In this document: positions 58,583-64,000 of the stretch, one piece after another
Position numbering within the stretch: the stretch's first letter is position 1
Layout: each line of letters begins with the position of its first letter
Position numbers and translations under genes: made by a program
From: Candidatus Saccharimonadota bacterium
Lineage (GTDB): Bacteria; Patescibacteriota; Saccharimonadia; Saccharimonadales; Saccharimonadaceae
Length of the DNA stretch: 64,000 bases
Reading direction: 5' to 3'
NCBI GenBank assembly: GCA_017431725.1
Contig: JAFRKN010000003.1
Location: 25,912 to 89,911, forward strand
The notes under the pieces: generated by a model
The model's input: only the letters and a program-made list of their open reading frames with translations
Told to the model about the DNA's origin: nothing
Database searches by the model: none

Positions 58583-59287
58583 TTATTTCTTAATTTTATG
58601 TTCTTTGCGGTATTTCTTAATTCCTTCTCTAGCCGCCTCTGTTTGAGCCTCTTGTTTTGAGTGCCCCATTCCAGTTCCTTTTAAAGAAGTTCCTACATAA
58701 ATCCCCACCGTAAATTTTTTATCATGATCTGGACCTTCTTCCTTTAAGGTTCGGTACACCGGCGTTACTCCATCAATCTTCTGTGCCAACTCTTGTACAT
58801 AAGATTTCGGGTCTCGCCAACTCCCTTCTTCCAAAATCGTATCTATTTTCACCAAAATATTCTTTTCGATAAATTTTTTTGCTATATCATATCCCTGATC
58901 TAAATAAATTGCCCCAATAATTGCTTCAAAACAATCCGCTAAAATCACATCGTGCGCTCTTTCCGACCCTTGTTGTTCACCTTTAGACAACCGCACCAAT
59001 GGCTCATACCCCAGCTCTCTTCCTGCCTCTCCAATCGACTCAGTCCTCACTAGTGCCGCCCGAAGTGCTGTCATAATTCCCTCAGGTTCATCGTAATTTC
59101 GATACAAAAAATCCGAAGAAACTAACTCTAAAACCGCATCACCTAAAAATTCCAATCTTTCATTGTGCTCATGCGCCGCCTTATGTTCATTTACATAACT
59201 CCGATGTGTTAATGCTGTTATTAAAAGATTGATATCATGAAACTTTAGACCTAGTTTCTCTTCTGCAAATTTTTTGTACTCTTCCAT
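58583..59287 (-). CDS. rnc: Ribonuclease III
   Basis: NERLEFLGDAVL, DCFEAIIGA, dsRBD with G.SKQEAQ. Confidence 0.98.
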   Translation of the reverse strand: MEEYKKFAEEKLGLKFHDINLLITALTHRSYVNEHKAAHEHNERLEFLGDAVLELVSSDFLYRNYDEPEGIMTALRAALVRTESIGEAGRELGYEPLVRLSKGEQQGSERAHDVILADCFEAIIGAIYLDQGYDIAKKFIEKNILVKIDTILEEGSWRDPKSYVQELAQKIDGVTPVYRTLKEEGPDHDKKFTVGIYVGTSLKGTGMGHSKQEAQTEAAREGIKKYRKEHKIKK

Positions 59288-59289
59288 TT

Positions 59290-59868
59290 TTAATAATCTC
59301 CAGCGCGAATTTTTTTCTTCGCAATTAACATTAATTTTTCAATATCTTCATATTCAATTGCCTCTAGAGCCTCTGAAAATGAGAACCATTTTATTCCCTT
59401 CATCCACTTCTCGGCCATCGGCATCTCATGGTCATCTAAAGCTTGCACCAAGTAAATTTGTGTCGTCATTAGCACAAGTTTTTCCAATCTACGATATTTA
59501 AAATGAATTTTACCCAGCCATGTCAAAACTGAAACATTTTTCAATCCCGTCTCTTCTTCAATTTCACGCCGCGCCGTCATCTTGGCAGTTTCGCCCGGCT
59601 CTATATGCCCTTTAGGAATAGTCCACCTCTCTTTTGAATCTTGGATTAACAAAACTTCGATATCTTTCTTGTCTTTTGTAAATCTAAAAACAATCCCGCC
59701 AGAAGTCGGTTCTCGCACAATCTCCTGAATTGCCGCTTTTTTGCGGAACACAGCAGATTTTATCTTATCGAGGGTCGATTCTTTTTCTCTATCCGTCGGC
59801 AGGGCTTCCGGAATCTTTAGCGATCTCCTCGCCGTCGGTTCGATCGACGGACTTAACCTTTGACTCAT
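59290..59868 (-). CDS. NUDIX hydrolase
   Basis: Nudix box [24 protein letters not shown]; start inferred at ATG 59868. Confidence 0.9.
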   Translation of the reverse strand: MSQRLSPSIEPTARRSLKIPEALPTDREKESTLDKIKSAVFRKKAAIQEIVREPTSGGIVFRFTKDKKDIEVLLIQDSKERWTIPKGHIEPGETAKMTARREIEEETGLKNVSVLTWLGKIHFKYRRLEKLVLMTTQIYLVQALDDHEMPMAEKWMKGIKWFSFSEALEAIEYEDIEKLMLIAKKKIRAGDY

Positions 59869-60313
59869 GATTTTTCTTCTCAACAATTCCGAGCTTTTTA
59901 TAAGCAGTCCCGAGCACCCCATTAATAAATTTGGAAGAATTTTCGGATCCAAATGCTTTAGCTAGCTCCACAGCTTCATTAATTGCCACTTTCGGCGGGA
60001 TTGAATCCCCACACTCTGAAAGTTCGTATAGTCCCATCCTCAGAACATTACGATCTATTGCCGCAATTGACTCAATTGGCCATTCTGGAGCCATCGGTTG
60101 AAGAGCTTTGTCCAAAACTTCAAAATTTTCGACTACTTTTTTTGCCAAATTATAAACAAATTCCGTGTCTCCAAGCGCCTTTTCGTATGGTTCAATATTT
60201 CTAGCAATAATCATGTTCAGATCGACTTCTGGGTCATTTGCAAGCGTCCGCAGTTCATACTCATACAAACTTTGTAAAACGATTACTCTACCTAAATGTC
60301 GATTACTAGCCAT
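59789..60313 (-). CDS. nusB: Transcription antitermination factor NusB
   Basis: [38 protein letters not shown]. Confidence 0.96.
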   Translation of the reverse strand: MASNRHLGRVIVLQSLYEYELRTLANDPEVDLNMIIARNIEPYEKALGDTEFVYNLAKKVVENFEVLDKALQPMAPEWPIESIAAIDRNVLRMGLYELSECGDSIPPKVAINEAVELAKAFGSENSSKFINGVLGTAYKKLGIVEKKNHESKVKSVDRTDGEEIAKDSGSPADG

Positions 60314-60330
60314 ATTTCTTAATCTTCTCT

Positions 60331-60498
60331 TTAATTAACTTTTTTATTGGTTTTAATTTTTAGATTTGGTGTCTTCTTCTTCGTCTCAAACGCTTTAACG
60401 GGAGAAATCTTATTTACTCTCCGCGCCAGTTCCAAACGAAGATGACTCCTGCGAAGCCCAGTCTTACGTGGGCTACTCTGTTTCTTAGGTTCAGGCAT
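60331..60498 (-). CDS. rpmF: 50S ribosomal protein L32 (not in ORF track)
   Basis: Manual translation [20 protein letters not shown]...; SD AAGGAG; promoter TTGAAT-17-TAGAAT. Confidence 0.85.
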   Translation of the reverse strand: MPEPKKQSSPRKTGLRRSHLRLELARRVNKISPVKAFETKKKTPNLKIKTNKKVN

Positions 60499-60564
60499 CT
60501 TGCTCCTTAAATTTAATAGATAATTTTACTAATTCTACCACTTTTCTTTCAAACATTCAAGAGG

Positions 60565-60593
60565 TTGACTATTCTTAAAAAGTATGGTATAAT
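60565..60593 (+). promoter_or_regulatory. Consensus sigma70 promoter pointing antisense into grx/trmH
   Basis: TTGACT (60565-60570), 17 bp, TGn-TATAAT (60588-60593). Confidence 0.6.
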
Positions 60594-60600
60594 AAAACTA

Positions 60601-60810
60601 TCAAGCCATATCTTGCTTTTTTAAAGCTTTCTTAATCGCCGGGCGATCAAAACCTACAATTCTTTCTCCGTCAATTTCCGTTACCGGCACAATCTTTATG
60701 TCGTTTTCTTTCGTCGCATCCATTTCTATATATTCCACCCCCATATCATCCAGCCAATCCATCAAAGCATGACAATAAATACAAGTTGGTGTAGTATAAA
60801 TCTTTATCAT
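60601..60810 (-). CDS. Glutaredoxin/NrdH-like redoxin
   Basis: YTTPTCIYC (CxxC), VPV, IVGFD. Confidence 0.88.
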   Translation of the reverse strand: MIKIYTTPTCIYCHALMDWLDDMGVEYIEMDATKENDIKIVPVTEIDGERIVGFDRPAIKKALKKQDMA

Positions 60811-61313
60811 AAATTCATTATACCATATATTGCAATTCCTGCCGCCACCGAAACGTTAAAAGACTCTTTTTTGCCCCTCATTGGAATTTCTACAAACAGG
60901 TCAATTATATCATATAATGAATAATCAATCCCATTCACTTCTTCTCCTAAGATTAAAACCATTTTATCTGTTAATTTAGTTTTTAGCAAAGGGTCATTTA
61001 ATGAAAAAATCCGTTCATCATTGATATTATTTTCTAACCCTATGATTTGCCAACCCTGTTTTTTAAAATCATCAAGCTCTGAAAAAATATCATCACATGA
61101 ATAAATATCTAATAATTTTTCCGTCCCCAAAGCTGTCTTATGAATTTCTTTATTTAATTTTTCTCTTAAATGTGGCAATAAGCTCGCATCATTTACTTTT
61201 GGTGTATAGCCAGACAAAAGCACTTTAAAAACCCCTAATCCTTCTGCTGTCCTCAAAATTGCCCCCACATTATAAATCGAACGAATATTATGCAAAACTA
61301 AAATTATTTTCAT
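60807..61313 (-). CDS. TrmH/SpoU-family RNA methyltransferase
   Basis: LHNIRSIYNVGAILRTA, LGEEVNG, IPMRGKKESFNVSVA; start reassigned to 61313. Confidence 0.92.
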   Translation of the reverse strand: MKIILVLHNIRSIYNVGAILRTAEGLGVFKVLLSGYTPKVNDASLLPHLREKLNKEIHKTALGTEKLLDIYSCDDIFSELDDFKKQGWQIIGLENNINDERIFSLNDPLLKTKLTDKMVLILGEEVNGIDYSLYDIIDLFVEIPMRGKKESFNVSVAAGIAIYGIMNL

Positions 61314-61350
61314 CCCTATATTATACAATAAATATGATATAATTAAACCT

Positions 61351-63732
61351 ATGAATAGATACGAACCTCTCAAAATTGAACAAAAATGGCAAAAAATCTG
61401 GGAAACTGAAAAACCTTTTAAAGCTAATGAAGTTCCAAACCAACCTAAAATGTTTCTGGCCGAAATGTTCCCCTATCCTTCCGGAGCTGGCCTCCATGTT
61501 GGGCATGTCCGTAATTTCACTATTGTTGACGTTTTAACCCGTTTTTATGAACAGCAAAGATTAAACGTTTTAAGACCGTTTGGCTATGATACCTTTGGTT
61601 TGCCAGCCGAAAACTATGCCATCAAAACTGGTATTTCCCCTCAATCCGCCACCAAAACTAACATCGATAATTTTCGTAAACAGGCCAAAAAGCTCGGCTT
61701 TGCCATTGACTGGGATCGCGAAATCAACACTTCTGACCCCGAATATTACAAATGGACTCAGTGGTGTTTTCTACAGTTATATAAAAAAGGGCTCGCCTAT
61801 CAGAAAGAATCTTATCAATGGTGGTGTCCCGAAGATCAAACCGTTCTCGCTAACGAACAAGTCGAAAACGGCAAATGTTGGCGTTGTGGTCACGAAGTCG
61901 AAAAGAAAAAAATGAAACAATGGTTCTTTAAAATTACCGCTTACGCCGATGAACTCCTCGACGAAATTGACAATCTCGAATGGCCCGAAAAAATTAAAAC
62001 CATGCAAAAGAACTGGATCGGTCGCTCTGTTGGCGCCGAAATCGATTTTAAGGTAACCGAAAGTTCTCTTAAAATTAAAGTTTTTACGACTCGCCCCGAT
62101 ACCATCTTCGGCGCTACCTTCCTAGTCGTCGCTCCTGAATATCCTTATCTCGATGTCTTAACAACCGACGATACCCGCGAAACGGTTCTTAATTATAAAG
62201 CCGAAGCCTTGAAAAAATCCGAAATTGAACGTCAGGAAAATAAAGAAAAAACTGGCGTTTTTACCGGAAGCTATGCTATTAACCCCGCAACTAAAGAAAA
62301 AATTCCCATTTATGTTGCTGATTATGTTTTGGCTGGTTATGGCACGGGAGCCATTATGGCTGTTCCTGCTTACGACGAACGTGATCGCGAATTCGCCAAA
62401 AAATTTGATTTACCAATTGTCGAAGCTAAGCTGTGCGATCGCGATCTATTCGGTACTCCCAAAACTATTTATCGTATGCGTGATTGGCTCATTTCACGCC
62501 AGCGTTACTGGGGTTGTCCAATTCCAATCGCCTATGATAAAGAAGGCAATCCTCATCCTATTCCTGAAGATCAACTTCCAGTTATTATCCCAGAGGTCGA
62601 AGATTATCAACCCGATCACTCTGGGCATTCCGCCCTCGCCAAAGCCAAAGATTGGCTTAAGGTCAAAATAGAAGTCAAAGATTCAAAAACTGGCAAAACT
62701 CACCTGGAAGAAATGACCAGAGAGACTGATACATTGGATGGTTATGCTTGTTCATCTTGGTATCTTTGGCGTTATGCCTCACCCCATGATGAAACAGCCG
62801 CTTGGGATCAAAAAGCCATTAAATATTGGGAGCCGATCGACTATTATGTTGGTGCCGATCACGCTGTTGCCCATTTGCTTTATATTCGCTTTTGGTGCAA
62901 ATTTTTTGCCGATGAAGATTATTTGCCTTTCCGTGAACCGATAAAACGCCTTCTTTATAATGGCTATATCAACGCTCCCGATGGCAAAAAGATGTCTAAA
63001 TCTAAAGGTAATGTTATCGACCCACTCGATGTTATTAACGATGGCTATGGTGCCGACACCTTAAGAACTTACGAAATGTTTATTGGGCCATACGACATGG
63101 ATGCCGCTTGGGATCCACGTTCTGTCGGCGGCGTTTACCGCTTCCTTAATCGTTGCTGGACTTTATGCTTCGACAGCGAATTTGCGAAAACCTCTTCTGA
63201 GGGGCATCCACAGTTGCTACGAGGACGAAACGAGGAGCCCCGTGAAGACGGGCGCGACGAGCATCCCGAAGAAGACGGTTTTGCAAATTCGCTTTTTTCT
63301 AGACATAAAACCATCAAAAAAGTCACCGAAGATCTCCACCGCTACAATTTCAATACCGCCGTCGCCGCTTTAATGGAATATGTCAATGAACTTTATAAAA
63401 TCGGCGCATCTGAAGAAGATTTGATTACCTTAGCAAAATTATTAAAACCTTTTGCCCCTCATCTCGCCTCCGAAATGCTAGAAAAATTAAACTCTGACGA
63501 CGAATGGCCAAAATGGGACGAAAAATATCTCATTGCTGATATCGTTGAAATCGTTATCCAAATTAATGGTAAACTTCGCGCCAAACTAACCGTCAACGCC
63601 AGCGACCTAGAAGATGAAGAAAAAATTACCAAACTTGCCTTAAAAGACGAAAAAATTAAAAAATACACCGAAAATGACATCAAAAAAACTATTTTCATCA
63701 AAAAAGCTAAATTATTAAATATTGTAATTTAA
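61351..63732 (+). CDS. leuS: Leucyl-tRNA synthetase carrying an in-frame palindromic insertion
   Basis: MFPYPSGAGLHVGH, TTRPDT, DWLISRQRYWG, KMSKSKGN; extra GC-rich segment at about residues 609-648. Confidence 0.98.
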   Translation: MNRYEPLKIEQKWQKIWETEKPFKANEVPNQPKMFLAEMFPYPSGAGLHVGHVRNFTIVDVLTRFYEQQRLNVLRPFGYDTFGLPAENYAIKTGISPQSATKTNIDNFRKQAKKLGFAIDWDREINTSDPEYYKWTQWCFLQLYKKGLAYQKESYQWWCPEDQTVLANEQVENGKCWRCGHEVEKKKMKQWFFKITAYADELLDEIDNLEWPEKIKTMQKNWIGRSVGAEIDFKVTESSLKIKVFTTRPDTIFGATFLVVAPEYPYLDVLTTDDTRETVLNYKAEALKKSEIERQENKEKTGVFTGSYAINPATKEKIPIYVADYVLAGYGTGAIMAVPAYDERDREFAKKFDLPIVEAKLCDRDLFGTPKTIYRMRDWLISRQRYWGCPIPIAYDKEGNPHPIPEDQLPVIIPEVEDYQPDHSGHSALAKAKDWLKVKIEVKDSKTGKTHLEEMTRETDTLDGYACSSWYLWRYASPHDETAAWDQKAIKYWEPIDYYVGADHAVAHLLYIRFWCKFFADEDYLPFREPIKRLLYNGYINAPDGKKMSKSKGNVIDPLDVINDGYGADTLRTYEMFIGPYDMDAAWDPRSVGGVYRFLNRCWTLCFDSEFAKTSSEGHPQLLRGRNEEPREDGRDEHPEEDGFANSLFSRHKTIKKVTEDLHRYNFNTAVAALMEYVNELYKIGASEEDLITLAKLLKPFAPHLASEMLEKLNSDDEWPKWDEKYLIADIVEIVIQINGKLRAKLTVNASDLEDEEKITKLALKDEKIKKYTENDIKKTIFIKKAKLLNIVI
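63175..63293. repeat. ~119-bp palindromic element in frame in leuS
   Basis: Arms AGCGAATTTGCGAAAACCTCTTC and GAAGACGGTTTTGCAAATTCGCT; core GAGCCCCGTGAAGACGGGCGCGA shared with 3754-3776. Confidence 0.9.
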
Positions 63733-64000
63733 ATCACTTTTATCATTTATCACTTTATGATAAATATTAATAAATTTGTCTAAAGTCTTTTCAAAATCAT
63801 GTTCCGAAGCAATTTCTACTGATTTTTCCGAAAATTCTCGTCTCTTTTTCTCATCTAACAAAATTTTTTCCATCGCTTCGGCAATCCCTTTCGCATCACC
63901 AGGCTCACACAAATACCCATTTTTACTATTCAAACAAACTTCCGCCACCGCCCCTTTATTAACCGCTATTAAAGGAAGTCCACTCGCTGCCGCTTCAATC
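63715..64000 (-). CDS. GT4 glycosyltransferase, C-terminal fragment (gene starts beyond the window)
   Basis: IEAAASGLPLIAVNKGAVAEVCLNSKNGYL. Confidence 0.85.
   Translation of the reverse strand, partial: IEAAASGLPLIAVNKGAVAEVCLNSKNGYLCEPGDAKGIAEAMEKILLDEKKRREFSEKSVEIASEHDFEKTLDKFINIYHKVINDKSDLNYNI

Noticed and set aside
59832-59850. Hairpin CCGTCG-GTTCGAT-CGACGG resembling a T-arm in the nusB/NUDIX overlap
   Set aside because: The loop geometry does not match a tRNA T-arm, there is no rest of a cloverleaf and no AAAAAGCAGG motif.
61351-63732. leuS as a pseudogene or intron-containing gene
   Set aside because: The frame is open, HIGH and KMSKS motifs are intact, and the insert is too short and lacks group I/II intron hallmarks.
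1-64000. Alternative genetic code 25 as in Gracilibacteria/Absconditabacteria
   Set aside because: Long genes are intact in code 11, TGA terminates genes such as gpsA and grx, and tRNA-Trp has a CCA anticodon.

Overview
AT-rich, gene-dense bacterial chromosome segment in standard code 11 (TGA is used as a stop; tRNA-Trp has anticodon CCA). Gene content, divergent ribosomal proteins and gene neighbourhoods suggest Patescibacteria (CPR), most likely Saccharibacteria; this is inference from sequence features, not a database result. Most of the window is housekeeping: dnaX, secE-nusG-rplK, rplA, rplJL, rpoBC, secY, the infA-to-rpsI cluster, trpS, leuS, rnc, nusB, thyA-folA-glyA and five tRNAs. 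Accessory genes cover alpha-glucan metabolism, a VTC/DUF4956 operon and three sortase-like proteins. I found no integrase, transposase, cas gene or prophage. The most unusual signal is non-coding. (1) Three of the five tRNAs (Gln, Tyr, Ala-GGC) are followed by copies of their own 3' end (19-22 nt, one 12-nt partial). At Gln and Tyr the copies are separated by 43-56 nt units sharing an AAAAAGCAGG(A/G)C motif, and a close variant of that motif sits inverted behind tRNA-Ala-CGC. (2) A ~120-bp palindromic element with a conserved GC-rich core but copy-specific inverted arms occurs once intergenically and once in frame inside leuS. The two classes share a GAGC-loop-GCGA motif and may be one uncharacterised family of tiny structure-targeting insertion elements. 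Other points of interest are an in-frame DHFR-SHMT fusion ORF, a candidate sRNA upstream of rpoB, an antisense promoter over grx/trmH and widespread apparently leaderless genes.
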